From Octopus sinensis (Eukaryota): DNA of 64,000 nucleotides. A program made the translations under genes and the position numbers. The stretch is taken from NCBI RefSeq assembly GCF_006345805.1, contig NC_043001.1, positions 16,740,001-16,804,000 on the forward strand. The letters are read 5' to 3'. Each line of letters begins with the position of its first letter. Position 1 is the stretch's first letter. This document shows positions 1 to 12,823 of the stretch, in pieces. The notes beneath the pieces are model-generated. The model was given only the letters and a program-made list of their open reading frames with translations. It was not told where the DNA came from and made no database searches.

Positions 1-270
1 TGTCTCCTACGATTTAGATTCCTAACTAGTCCCACCATTTTGCGGTGCAGTTTAACCAAAACCGGGTATCTTATAGTCGTGATTCATTTCGAGCCCTTCT
101 GGGTATTAGCGCGCGTCTACGATGAGTCTACGATTAAAAAAAAAAATTACCATAATTTTTTCCCATTTTTAATGCATTTTTGTGCTATTATATAAGGGAA
201 GTAACTCTCTAAAAATGCTTATATAGTTATTTCCCTTACAAACCCGAGCAACGCCGGGCGATACTGCTAG
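1..270 (+). mobile_element. Non-autonomous Helitron, 3' portion
   Basis: Ends in hairpin CCCGAGCAACGCCGGG then ...CTGCTAG|T; same 3' terminus as the copies at 12824, 48826 and 58023. Confidence 0.7.
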
Positions 271-301
<31 letters not shown>

Positions 302-408
302 AACAAAACCTGCTAGTATATATATACTACATATATATATATATAGATATATATATATATATATATATATAGATATTATATATATATATATATATATACT
401 ATATATAT

Positions 409-685
409 AAGGAAATGAAGAAAATCTGACAAAATAATTTAAGTAATTTAAGTAATTTAATTAGGTGAAAGTTCTTTTTAACCGGTTGCGCATTTGTTAT
501 GCTTATCAAAAGTTTTTCCTCTTATCCAGATAAGAGGGAAAAAAAATTTTGATAAGCATAACAAATGCGCAGCCGGTAAAAAGAACTTTCACCTAATTAA
601 ATTACTTAAATTACTTAAATTATTTTGTCAGATTTTCTTCATTTCCTTTTTTATATATCACACCTGTGTTCTACATCTCCTTTTT

Positions 686-690
<5 letters not shown>
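409..690. mobile_element. Fold-back hairpin element in (TA)n, probably PLE pseudo-LTR derived
   Basis: Near-perfect ~118-bp arms 409-526/529-648 plus a one-sided extension; flanked by (TA)n. Confidence 0.6.
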
Positions 691-729
<39 letters not shown>

Positions 730-886
730 ATATATATATAATATATAATATATATATTATTTATATAATATACCATAATATATACATAATATATATACTA
801 TATATATTAATATATACAAACATAAATATATATGTATACGTGTATGTATATATGTATATGTGTGTGTGTAAGTATGTATAAATGCA

Positions 887-925
<39 letters not shown>

Positions 926-1535
926 GATATGTGTCATCGTGCCAGATGTTATGTCTTCTGTTGCCGAGCCTTTGAGTAATCAGTACAAACATGGAAGCAG
1001 TGAGTGCAATGTGCAATATAGAAATAGCGTTTCTGATAGAGAGGTCAGACGTGATCGCTAGTCCCATGATGTCATTAATGATACTGCGTGTCTTTCAAGC
1101 AACACGAATTGTAAAATGTTTACGATACAATGTCTTGATAAAGTATGTCTTCTTAAACGTGTGTATGTGTATATGTGCGACTATACGCATTCATACATAC
1201 ACAGACATAACTTCGTGCCCGTGAATGAGTTAGTGTGTGTGTGTGAATGCTGTGGTTTAGTGATTACTGTATTGGGCTGTTGATCATAAGGTTGTGTTTC
1301 GATCCCTCAACCGGATAAGTACTAGTGCAAGCCTCTTCTGTGTCCCGGTGGGTTAAGAGTGGGAGTGCTGAGGTGTCTATGCCGTACCTTATCGGGACGA
1401 AGACGAGCACCTAAAACAGTTATTGAAAGTATGGCACAAGCTGCCAGCTCGTGCTCGCTTGCGAGTGAAAGCTTAAAGGCACGTGAGTCGAACAGAAATG
1501 TATTTTATTCAATGAAACCAGTTTTCATACGGCCG

Positions 1536-1965
1536 TTCTTGTGGGTAGTAAAGAAATAGGTATTTCGTCTGCCGCTACGTTCTGAGCTCAAATTCCGCCG
1601 AGGTCGACTTTGCCTTTCATCCTTTCGGGGTCGATTAAATAAGTACCAGTTACGCACTGAGGTCGATCTAATCGACTTAATCTGTTAATTCGGCGGAATT
1701 TGGACTCAAAACGTAAGGACAGACGAAATACCTATTTCTTTACTACCCACAAGGGGCTAAACACAGAGGGGACAAACAACGACAGACAAAAGGACTAAGT
1801 AGATTATATCGACCCCAGTGCGTAACCGGTACTTATTTAATCGACCCCGAGAGGATGAAAGGCAAAGTCGACCTCGGCGGAATTTGAACTCAGTACGTAG
1901 CGGCAAGACGAAATACCGCCAAGCATTTCGCCCGGAGTGCTAACGATTCTGCCAGCTCGCCACCT
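1536..1965. mobile_element. SINE family A, two opposed copies
   Basis: Core GCCTTTCATCCTTTCGGGGTCGAT..AAGTACCAG on + (1612-1650) and on - (1826-1870); tRNA-like head on - near 1960. Confidence 0.8.
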
Positions 1966-2002
1966 TAAACGTTTCTGCCAGCTCGCTGCTCAGTCTTCTC
2001 AC

Positions 2003-2320
2003 TGGCATTCCGTCGGTTACGACGATTTAAATTCTAATTGATTAGATCAACAGAACAGCCTGCTCGTGAAATTAACATTCAAGTGGCTGAGCACCCCACA
2101 GACACGCGTACCCTTAAAGTAGTCCTCTGGGAAATTCAGCATTTCGCAGAGTGTGATAAGACCGGCCTTTTAAATCACAGGTAAACTCATTTTTTTTGTC
2201 AACCGAGTGGAGTGGATCAACGTGAAATAAAGTGTCATACTCAAGGACATAACGCGCCGCCGGAAATCGAACTCAGGACGTTACGACTGCGTGTCGAATA
2301 TCCCAAACGCTAAGCTATAC
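2003..2320 (-). mobile_element. SINE family D
   Basis: Homologous to the copies at 6103 and 60799; tRNA-like B box on the minus strand. Confidence 0.75.
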
Positions 2321-2437
2321 CCTCTTTCATTGAATCTTCTTATAGTGTCATACTCTGAACCTGTAGAATACGTAGATGCACAAACAAAAGCAGCACAGCA
2401 TTCACAGACACGCAAACGCATATATATATATATATAC

Positions 2438-2786
2438 TTAATAATTAGGGTTCAGCAAAGATTTGCTTTACCACATACCGAAGTTTAGAAATAGCAGCCA
2501 AAAAACGTTAACTATTTCTTCTACTTTAAAAAGGGACTCCCAGTGAATTTCCAAGTGAATTGTTTTCAAGCATTTTAGTTTCTCTGGGAGTCCCTTTTTA
2601 AAGTAGAAGAAATAGCTAAGGTTTTTTACCAGCTATTTCTAAACTTCGATATGTGGTAAAGCAAATGATTGCTGAACCCTAATTATTAAATATTACTTAA
2701 GTTTACCGTGAAATGACCCTTTTTTCATGCCGAATTCTAGTTGGTGATATTATTAATTAATTCTTATTAATTAATTTTACACTTGT

Positions 2787-2790
<4 letters not shown>
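2438..2790. mobile_element. PLE-type fold-back element with 3' tail
   Basis: Inverted arms 2439-2543/2584-2689 plus ~100-bp tail ending on (TA)n; homologous to the 7978 and 28625 elements. Confidence 0.65.
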
Positions 2791-2846
<56 letters not shown>

Positions 2847-2853
2847 GAGAGAG

Positions 2854-3527
2854 AGAAAATAGTAAAAAGTGAAAAAACTATAGAAGGCTTGTTTTAAAAG
2901 GTTAAAAAATATATATTTGAGTCATTATGTCTGAAGAATGTTATAAATTTTTTTCATACAATGACATAGTTTAGAAGAAATGATCGGTTTCGCGTTCAGC
3001 TTTTCAAATTTCTTACATCGTTATGTTTACGTTGAGAAGAGTTATCGTTATGTTTATGTTGAGAATTTTTAATCTTTCCATTTTACCAATGTGCTATCGG
3101 AACACCGACACAAATTAGACTAAACAAGGAAACATTCTTCATTGAAAAATACAAGCCCAAACTTAACCATTCCAACATACTTTTACAGAGAAATTCACTC
3201 CAAAAGAAAGGCAAAAAATTTTAAGCGATTATCTCCCTTACACCAGAAGAAATCACTTATTACCTCCCCTTATCCGGAACTCTACTCAACATAAACATAA
3301 CGATAACTCTTCTCAACGTAAACATAACGATGTAAGAAATCTGAAAAGCAGAACGCGAAACCGGTCATTTCTTCTAAATTATGTCATTGTAAAATTTATA
3401 ACATTCTTTAGACATATTGACTCAAATATATATTTTTTAACCTTTTAAAACAAGCCTTCTGTAGTTTTTTCACTTTTTACTATTTTCTATATATTCAACC
3501 ACGTGCTTTCACAATCCAACTTTCTCA

Positions 3528-3530
<3 letters not shown>
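2854..3530 (+). mobile_element. 5'-truncated Penelope-like element with inverted pseudo-LTR
   Basis: 3066-3176 encodes FLIFPFYQCAIGTPTQIRLNKETFFIEKYKPKLN, matching the C-terminus of the GIY-YIG ORF at 29547; 2854-3063 is an inverted copy of 3285-3489; HHR present. Confidence 0.85.
3334..3373 (+). ncRNA. Minimal type-I hammerhead ribozyme motif
   Basis: aagaaat-CTGAAAA-gc agaac gc-GAAA-ccgg-TC-atttctt; the inverted copy at 2975-3014 has core TTGAAAA. Confidence 0.7.
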
Positions 3531-3571
<41 letters not shown>

Positions 3572-3578
3572 ATATATG

Positions 3579-3810
3579 ATAATTATCGCCAAGCTAATAT
3601 GGTAGTCTATAAATATAAGACTAAAGCTGCCGCTGATTAGCTCCAAGAGGCCATCGCCTCTAGCTTGCTATATGGCCTCTTGGAGCTAATCAGCGGCAGC
3701 TTTAGTCTTATATTTATAGACTACCATATTAGCTTGTTGATAACTATTAATATCCAGTAACGCTGCCGTAATCTCCTTTAGAGAGACTTAGAAATTTTAA
3801 TATTTCTATT
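3579..3810. mobile_element. PLE-type fold-back element (family shared with 10261 and 14441)
   Basis: Arms ~3580-3656/3672-3748, tail ending TAGAAATTTTAATATTTCTA, (TA)n on both sides. Confidence 0.7.
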
Positions 3811-4534
3811 ATATATATGCACATATATATTCTCACACAAAAAAATGGTTCAATACAAAAACAGCATACGCACCAATAAAACACAAATAATACACTACTC
3901 ACCGATTCATAAAAAAACACATGAAGACCCAAACAATACACAATCAACACATACATACGTACACGTATAAAGACCCAAACAATATGCAATCATCACACAT
4001 ACTCACACACACACAAACACAAACAAACAAACAATTTACTCAAACAATGCGCAGAAAACATACACACCTAGATTCGCACACGAATATATATGGATACAAA
4101 CAGAAACAAACATCTTGAACAAATGTCTTCTACAATGGAGTCTTACATAAAGATACTTTGCGAGTGTTGACCAATGTTTGTGAAAGAAGTCAGTCATGAA
4201 ACGGTTTTATTTTTTCTCTGGAATGGAGTCGAAAAACACACAGATAGATTCACACGCCAGCAATTCATGTAAACACGAGCACAAAGGCAACATTAATTCA
4301 TATTGAAACAAAATATAGACACCCAGACAATATAATAACAACAGCCTCGCGTATACACGATCACAAAAGAATAGGCCTCCACACAGACATAAGAAGATAT
4401 GCACACACGCACTAACATAAACAATACGCATACACAGATTCACATACCTCGGTTTCGAAGCGATTCTGATCGCGAATAAATCGTGCTTTACACACACACA
4501 CACACACACACACAACACACGCACATACACACAT

Positions 4535-5182
4535 TCTTTTCTACGCTAGGCATAAGGTCCGAAATTTTTGGGGAAGAAGCCAGTCGATTAGCTCGACCCC
4601 AGTACGTAACTGGTACTTAATTTATCGACGCCGAAAGGAAGAAAGGCAAAGTCGACCTCAGCGGAATTTGAACTCAAAACGTAGATAGAGGAAATATCGC
4701 AAAGCATTCAGCCCGGCGTGCTAATGTTTCTTATTTCTTTATTGCCCACAAGGGGCTAAACACAGAGGGCACGAACAAGGACAGACAAAGGGATTAAGTC
4801 GATTACATCGGCCCCAGTGCGTAACTGGTACTTAATTTATCGACCCCGAAAGGATGAAAGGCAAAGTCGACCTCGGTGGAATTTTAACTCAGAACTTAAC
4901 GGCAGACGAAATATCGCAAAGCATTCCGCCCGGCGTGCTAACGTTTCTTTTTTTTTTTATTGCCCACAAGAGGCTAAACATAGAGGGGACGAACAAGGAC
5001 AGGCAAAGGGATTAAGTCGATTATATCGACCCCAGTGCGTAACTGGTATTCAATTCATCGACCCCGAAAGGATGAAAGGCACAGTCGACCTCGGCGGAGT
5101 TTGAACTCAGAACGTAAAGATAGACGAAATACCGCAAAGCATTGCGCCTGGCGTGCTAACGTTTCTGCCAGCTCGTCGCCTT
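4535..5182 (-). mobile_element. SINE family A with ~3 tandem internal units
   Basis: Core ATCGACCCCGAAAGGATGAAAGGC repeated at ~4625, 4840 and 5058. Confidence 0.85.
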
Positions 5183-5189
5183 TATATTG

Positions 5190-5541
5190 GTGGCACTTCG
5201 TCGGTTGCGACGACGAGGGTTCCAGTTGATCCGATCAACGGAAAAAACCTGCTCGTGAAATTAACGTGCAAGTGGCTGAGCACTCTACAGACACGTGTAC
5301 CCTTAACGTAGTTCTCATGGAGATTCAGCGTGACACAGAGTGTGACAAGGCTGGCCCTTGGTGAATGCAGGTACAACAGAAACAGGAAGAAAGAATGAGA
5401 GAAAGTTGTGGTGAAAGAATGCAGCAGGGTCGCCACCCCAGCCCCTCGTGGCTGTTTTCGATCAATGCTCGATCTGGAAATCGAAACCGCGATCCTACGC
5501 CCACGAGTATGCTGCCCTAACCACTGGGCCATTGCACCTCC
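5190..5541 (-). mobile_element. Chimeric SINE: family C head with family D body
   Basis: 5371-5541 matches the 26513 SINE; 5190-5370 matches the 60799 SINE. Confidence 0.7.
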
Positions 5542-5629
5542 GCACACACACACACACACACATACACACACACACACACACAACACCCCCACACACACAC
5601 ACACACACATAACAAAGTAAAGTTGTAAG

Positions 5630-5824
5630 ATACTGCACGAGTGGAAATATATATGAAAGAAGGTTTTAAAGATTTTAAAGATGTTTATTCACTTGACCGG
5701 TTTCACTTTTTCGGAAAAGATTGTCAAAAGTAAAATGTAAAGCTCTGTATGAGCTTTGTTGTGTTAATTACTGGTTGTCACAAAAGTTAAACATCTTTAA
5801 AATTGCATTTTCAAACCTTCTTTC

Positions 5825-5830
<6 letters not shown>
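5630..5830. mobile_element. PLE-type fold-back remnant with HHR (5687-5735, minus)
   Basis: Arms 5648-5685/5789-5830; minus strand ttttactt-TTGACAA-stem II-GAAA-ccgg-TC-aagtgaat. Confidence 0.6.
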
Positions 5831-5856
<26 letters not shown>

Positions 5857-5883
5857 CATATGTAGAGAGAGAGAGAGAGAGAA

Positions 5884-5987
<104 letters not shown>

Positions 5988-6102
5988 ATATAAAGCATGA
6001 TTTATTCGAGATCAGAGTTGTTCGAAAACCGAGGTCCTTCTGTACATATTTACATTACCTGGGTGTTGTATAATATTTGTGTGCAGTGTTTCCTCTACCG
6101 TA

Positions 6103-6340
6103 GTGAAGGTGCGTGGCTTGGGGTATTCAGCTCACGGTAGTAAGATCATGAGTTCGACTCCTGGCGACGTGTTGTGTCCTTGAGCAAGACACTTTATTTC
6201 ACGTTGCTCCAGTCCACTCAGCTGGCAAAAATGAGTCGTACCTGTAATTCAAAGGGGGCCAGCCTTGTCACACTCTGTGTCACGCTGTTCCGTTGATCGG
6301 ATCAACTGTGACACTCGTCGTCGTAACCGACGGAGTACCA
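6103..6340 (+). mobile_element. SINE family D
   Basis: GTGAAGGTGCGTGGCTT...GAGTTCGACTCC...TGTGTCCTTGAGCAAGACAC. Confidence 0.8.
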
Positions 6341-6457
6341 GCTTTTTTCTTCAACTTTTCTATTAGCAACTATTACTCTTTATCTCTTTCCATGTCAGTG
6401 AGAAGTTGCTTCAGGAATGACATATAAAGCTGAGCTGGACAGTGAAACACACGTACA

Positions 6458-6539
<82 letters not shown>

Positions 6540-6545
6540 AACACA

Positions 6546-6593
<48 letters not shown>

Positions 6594-7356
6594 TTTCTGT
6601 ATTTTCTAGCAAAATATTGGTCAATCTATACACGTACAATCATACATAGATTCATACGCACTTTCAGATAAGTAACAGCTTCTGCACAGTCTCCTTCTGT
6701 CTGGCATCTTTCACACACAAAGTATTCAAACGGAAGTTACAACAGAAGACACTTGTCTAAGATGACACGCAGAGAAACTTACCCGGGAGGACGTAGTTAG
6801 GAGGTGAACTTGTAATCACACGGTCATGCCCTTAGTAGCATTGAGAAAACACTATCTGTGTCATGGTCAAATGGGTGTTATAATTATACTGTGCATCTCT
6901 CGTAAGTTTTTAAAGCACAACAGTCTTCTATTTGAAGCCTGCACTGGATTACACGTAGACATATTTACATGATATAAAACACCTCGTTTATCTGATATCA
7001 AAACTAATGTGAATGACGCTTGTTTTGCACGAACCAATCTGATGAAGTCTTTAGTAAGTTGGGGATGTTAGCCAAAGTATGGTGCAGTTACTGCGTCTGT
7101 AGCTTAATCGGAAGCTTTACGTAAATTATTTAGATTTATAACATTGTGGTCCATTCTGATATGTTGTAAGTAATGTAATGTGTTATTTACAGGCAAACAA
7201 AATGATTTAAACCAGGTAGAACAAACGGTATCATTTCTTATCGCAAAATACATGTAATAAAGATAAGATAGAAACAGTAAACTTTTTTCAATGTAAGGGG
7301 GTTAAGTTGAGGTCAAAGAAAAAAATTTTGGTTAGGTAGGCACACAAACACAAGGG

Positions 7357-7935
7357 GAAATGCGTTAGTTCAAATAATGCGCATGAATGAAAGCATATAC
7401 GTCAACAGGGACCATAGTCGCTCGAAAAGTGCCGATCGAGAATTCTCAATACTGACGCGTCAGTTTCGACAATTTCCGTTGCTTCATCAGTTAACACAGC
7501 TCAGCTTCGGCTATTTCGGGACTCGCTTCGCCATATATATTTATGTTTTCGCTATCGAAATGATTGGATGATTTAGCGATTCGTTAATCTGTAAACATAA
7601 AATTAATATAAATAGCAGTTTGCAATGTTTCACAAAAAAAGGAGAATTACGAATTTCACTAAATGTGACTAGGGTGTTAGGAAACACCTACATTGCTAGA
7701 AATAAGAGCTAAATCGCTCTAAAGTGTAGTTAACGCACATGAATGAAAACGTATACTTTTCGGACGATTATGGTCCTTGTTGGTGTATATGTTTTAATTC
7801 ATGTGTGTTGACTACAGTATTAGAGTGATTTAGCTCTTATTTCTAGCAGTATAGGTATTTCATAACAGCCTGGTCACATTTAGTGACATTTGTAATTCTC
7901 CTTTTTAGTGAAACATTGCTTTTCATATTAATTTC
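7357..7935. mobile_element. PLE-type remnant with HHR plus fold-back copy
   Basis: Diverged arms ~7600-7756/7783-7935; 7377-7430 is an inverted homolog of 7755-7806; ends on (TA)n. Confidence 0.6.
7446..7494 (-). ncRNA. Hammerhead ribozyme motif
   Basis: ttaa-CTGATGA-agcaacggaaattgtc-GAAA-ctgacgcgtcag-TA-ttga. Confidence 0.7.
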
Positions 7936-7977
7936 ATATATATATACTATATATATATAATATATATATATATATAT

Positions 7978-8772
7978 ACTAAGCAATAAAGGGTTTAGCA
8001 ACGAATTGCCTTACCACATACCGATTTAGAAATAGCAGTCAAAGAGTTTAGCTATTTCTTCTACTAAAAAGGGAGATCTCAGTAAAGACAGCAATTGGAA
8101 GGCAGACACAAACAGTAGAGAGAATGAATTGACGGCAATCTATCATACATTTTTAAGTTATCTACGTACGTACGTTTCGAAATCAAGTTTTTAGGAAAGC
8201 ATAAGAATTAAATATTAAATATTAAATAATTCTATCTTACCGAAACTTCTTTCTCTTCAGCGTAGAATACTATAATCATAAATGATTATATATTGAATTT
8301 TGAGATACTAGAAGGCACCAACTCAACTCAGTATCAGAGCGAGCTAGAATCCGCAACTAGTATCACCAAACTCAATGTGTGAATGAAACGATTGTGTCAC
8401 CAGCCCCTTCCCACCCGCGTGTAGCCAAAACAAGATGCTGTGGTCATCTACTGAGATAAAATATGGTTATCCGTAATAATGAAGGGTGAAATTAATTAAT
8501 TTGGAATAATTATCAATTACACCAAGTAGTCTTCGGCATGTAAAAGCCTCATTCGAGGAAAATTTTAAGTAATACTAAGCAATAAAGGGTTTAGCAACGA
8601 ATTGCCTTACCACATACCGAATTTAGAAATAGCAGTCAAAGAGTTATAGCTATTTCTTCTACTAAAAAGGGAGATCTCAGTAAAGACAGCAATTGGAAGG
8701 CAGACACAAACAGGTAAGAGAGAATGAATTGACGGCAATCTATCATACATTTTAAAGTTATCTACGTACGTA
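7978..8772 (-). mobile_element. PLE pseudo-LTR tandem or retrozyme-like element
   Basis: ~195-bp direct repeats 7978-8172/8574-8772, period 600 at the HHR end; flanked by (TA)n. Confidence 0.7.
8161..8266 (-). ncRNA. Hammerhead ribozyme motif with long stem II
   Basis: tctacg-CTGAAGA-gaaa...tttc-GAAA-cgtacg-TA-cgtaga. Confidence 0.8.
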
Positions 8773-8811
8773 TATATATAATTTATATAAGTTATCTACG
8801 TACGTATATAT

Positions 8812-9312
8812 ATAATTTACAAGATAAGGGCAGAAGAAAAATTCTAATGCCAAATATGCCGAAACAAAAAATTTTTTTGTCGATAACCATTAAAATTTAT
8901 GCGTCCCGAAACAAACCGATAGAAATCTCTAAAAAAATTCGTTATTACCGTATTGGTCCAATTTCGGGGTTAATTCATAAGAAATTTTCCCCTCTTCAGC
9001 AGCAAATACTCGAGATATAAATGAAATACTTACTCATACCCATGGAAAGAGCAAGCACCAAGTCCTGAGCAGACTTAAGTACCCCAACTATATCCAAAAT
9101 AGAAAAAACTTCGTCGCACCTCGAGCCACGTGTGATTCGAACTTTAATGGTTATCAACAAAAAAAATTTTTTGTTTCGGCATATTTGGCATTAGAATTTT
9201 TCTTCTGCCCTTATCATGTAGATTATGTATAAATTTTACCTTTAAAGGCATTTTTTGATATGCTGGCCACTGATAAAATTTTTTTTTCCGAAAAAATTTT
9301 TATCCTATATTA

Positions 9313-9316
<4 letters not shown>
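8812..9316. mobile_element. PLE-type fold-back element
   Basis: Arms ~8812-8894/9143-9228; tail with terminal hairpin abutting (TA)n. Confidence 0.7.
8943..9008 (-). ncRNA. Hammerhead ribozyme motif
   Basis: ttgctg-CTGAAGA-gggg...cccc-GAAA-ttggaccaa-TA-cggtaa. Confidence 0.8.
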
Positions 9317-9355
<39 letters not shown>

Positions 9356-9357
<2 letters not shown>

Positions 9358-9508
9358 TTGAAATTTACAGAAAAACAAAAGACGAAGACAGGTGTATAAA
9401 CAACAAGAAGGTGTATTAGTTTGACGCTCGGGAAGGTGAGAAAGTCTTTTACATTTCGAGCCTACACTCTTCATCAGAAAGAAACACGAGGAAAGAAACA
9501 GAAGGAAT
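9356..9508 (-). mobile_element. Short HHR-bearing PLE-type 3' end (family shared with 34730, 38664, 41033)
   Basis: HHR 9445-9482: tcttt-CTGATGA-a gagt gtag gctc-GAAA-tg-TA-aaaga; 3' end abuts (TA)n. Confidence 0.75.
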
Positions 9509-9566
9509 GTATATATATATATATGCATGCGCGCACGTACACACACACACACACACACACACAAGT

Positions 9567-9785
9567 AAGCACATAAGTTCAAAATAATATGTAAAAATAG
9601 TACTCGAACACCAAAAGTAGAGTAATATGCTTTATTGATAGAAGCAACAAAATATTCACACAATTGTTATTCACAGTTTTACAAATATAATTTAAAGTTC
9701 AGTATTCACCAAAATTGTCCGACGAACGGAAACATGAAACTTTGAATAACAGTCTTGTGAATATTTTGCAGCTTTATGATAAAGA

Positions 9786-9787
<2 letters not shown>
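9567..9787. mobile_element. Degenerate fold-back element, possible HHR remnant
   Basis: Arms ~9632-9680/9737-9785; ttgt-CCGACGA-acggaaacat-GAAA-ctttgaa-TA-acag. Confidence 0.4.
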
Positions 9788-9833
<46 letters not shown>

Positions 9834-10260
9834 CTATATCTATATCTGTACGCACACACACATATATGTGTGTATTTATATGTATATATATGAATGTATG
9901 TTACACACAAATATATATATATATATATATATATACACTTATATACATGTACAGCGTCTATGTGTACATCTGTGTGTATGAGTATATATGTGTGTATCTG
10001 TATTTATATTTATGTGCCTGTATGCACATATATATATATATATATAAAAAAATTTAAAGAAATTAACAGCCATGAAACGATTATATTTTTATAATTTTTC
10101 TAATTATATTTTTATAATTTTTATAATTATATTTTTTTAATAATTTTGTTATATATTTAAATAATATAAATTAAATAATCTTATGTATTGGCTTAAGTTT
10201 TTCATTGTATGATTTGCCTAATAGTGGTTTTGTCTCTAATTTAATATAATATATATATAT

Positions 10261-10722
10261 ATATTAGTTATCGCCATACTAATATGGCATTCTTATAAAA
10301 ATAAGAAAAAAGCTGACCGCTTATTAGCTCCATGAGGCCATCGCCTTAAGTTAGCTATTTGATACACAAACTGTATCCATATAACCGAAGCTAGGTAAAT
10401 AAAACCTTTGAACAGAGATTGTCGGAAGCGACACCTACTGGTTTGGCTACGCTGCATTGAAAAGGGGCAATACCCCGAAACGCGTCTGTAGCTGCCGGCC
10501 AAGTAGTGTGGAGCGACTGACCTCCCTTGTTCAAAGGTTATATGGATACAGTTTGTGTATCAAATAGCTAACTTAAGGCGATGGCCTCATGGAGCTAATA
10601 AGCGGTCAGCTTTTTTCTTATTTTTATAAGAATGCCATATTAGTATGGCGATAACTAATATTTTCCGGGAACGCTGCCGTTGTTCTCTTTTAGAGAGACT
10701 TAGTAATTTTAATATTTCTATT
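10261..10722 (+). mobile_element. PLE-type fold-back element with HHR (10451-10492)
   Basis: Near-perfect arms 10261-10385/10536-10662; gctgca-TTGAAAA-gggg caata cccc-GAAA-cgcg-TC-tgtagc. Confidence 0.8.
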
Positions 10723-10800
10723 ATATATATATATATATTGTATAAATATTTCTTTATTATGTATAATGTAGATATATATAAGTGTATGTAAAAATGTATG

Positions 10801-10866
<66 letters not shown>

Positions 10867-11882
10867 AAGAGAGAGAGAGAGAAGAGAAAGAGAGAGAGAA
10901 CGAGAGAGATTGTTACTCCTTTTCATGTGCGTATGGTTGTAACATGTGTGCAATGCATCTATTTATAGAAATTTTATGCAATACCCATGAAGAAACTTCA
11001 CTAATATGGCAAATAAAGCTCGTATCTTTTGTCATCCTATCCTTTGTTTTAACTATTTCATTGCGTAGGGTATAACTTGTTCTTTTTCTTAGAAAATATT
11101 TATAAAATTTTTGTTTGTTCTTGCTTTTCTTCTTCTCTTATGAGTATGTCGACCCAAAATTTACCCCCTTCACATTAACCCAATCGTTTGCTCTTTTTAT
11201 TAGCTTCTTTTTTTGTTCAATGCTTTTGTTTTAAGAATGAATGAATATCATTTATATGACGCGTATTTTGTGACGAGAAATGACATCACCGTTCTGGTTG
11301 GCGTAAAGCATTCCGAATTTACTGATTGGCTGAAAAAAAGTATATCATTACATCATTTACAGCATGAGAAAAGACCAGAATGTTCTATGTTTAAAATAGT
11401 TTACGATCAGCTTCTGATAAAGTTACATACGTAGTTACTGCATCACACTGCGGATAATATCGCTAGATCTCTAAACACCTCACCAGATTGGTTGATGGGG
11501 AACAAGCGTCATTCATACGACATTTCATATCAGATAAATGAGGCGTTTCATATCACGTAAATGTTTTTTCTGTTATCCAGTGCAACTTTTAAACCGAGGG
11601 AAGATGTGTTTGAAAAATTACGTAAGATACACTGTATCGTTGTAACACGCATTTGCTTTGTCACAGCTAATATTTGCGTAATGTTACGAGGGGTCATAGT
11701 AGAGTAACAAGAAAAAAACATCATCAGTTCGTGACCCAGTGATTCCAGGATTAATCCGACAGCTGGTAATCATTGGAAAGTGAAAATAGCTACTGTTAAA
11801 ATGTCAAGTTGAAAATTTTGTGGGTGAAATTCAGAAGGCAGAAAGATTGCGCGAAAGCTATATATGTGTATATATATATATA

Positions 11883-11962
<80 letters not shown>

Positions 11963-12823
11963 CGTGTACATTAAAACACATTAAGAGGCTTCCATCATAG
12001 GAAAGCCTTGCGCTAGAAGAGCAGTAAACAACTCAAACCACTAATTAGGGATAAATTCTCGAAGGGAAAGAAAATTAAAAACATTTACCATCTAATTTAG
12101 TTCCTAGACCATTGTTTCTGACTTATTTCAGTGAAAAAAGATATATATATATTTACACACACGCACACACATTTATATGTATATAAGTATATGTGTATGT
12201 GCATGTGTCTGAATATGTATGTGAGTACTCATGTTTGTATATATGTGTGTGCGTATGTGTATAATTATATAATACGTATATATATATATATACTTCAAAA
12301 ATTGTGAAGATCTCTTTACATGAAACTACCGGTTGCTTTGTTAACTCACAAATAAACACGCACACACTCACACACACACGTACACACATACACACACGCA
12401 CACACGCGCGGACACACTCACACGAGCGGACACACACACACATACGATAGACTTGCATGACGATTTCGACATATAAACCGCAAACTGTTCGACCAACAGG
12501 ACAATCTTATTGCATCAACGTACACAGTGGCTGAGTATCTCAGATACACGCGTATACTTGACTATACTTTTTAAAACTAATTTACATATGTTCGACCCTG
12601 TTTAAACTATTTTTATAAGTATTACTGTTTGACTTATCACTTGAAGTTTTTTATAATTGTGAAGATTTGCGAAGTAATGATTTTCACTTACTTTTGAATT
12701 AATCAATTTTAAGGACATGTTTCTGGAACATTATCAAAAATTTAATTGCATTAATTAGAGTTTAATGAAGTCAGATATAAAAGTGACAAATAAAGCGTTG
12801 ATTTTTTGCTTCATTCGCCACAA

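Noticed and set aside
4580-5180. CRISPR-like periodic repeats
   Set aside because: Tandem SINE units without unique spacers; eukaryotic context and no cas genes
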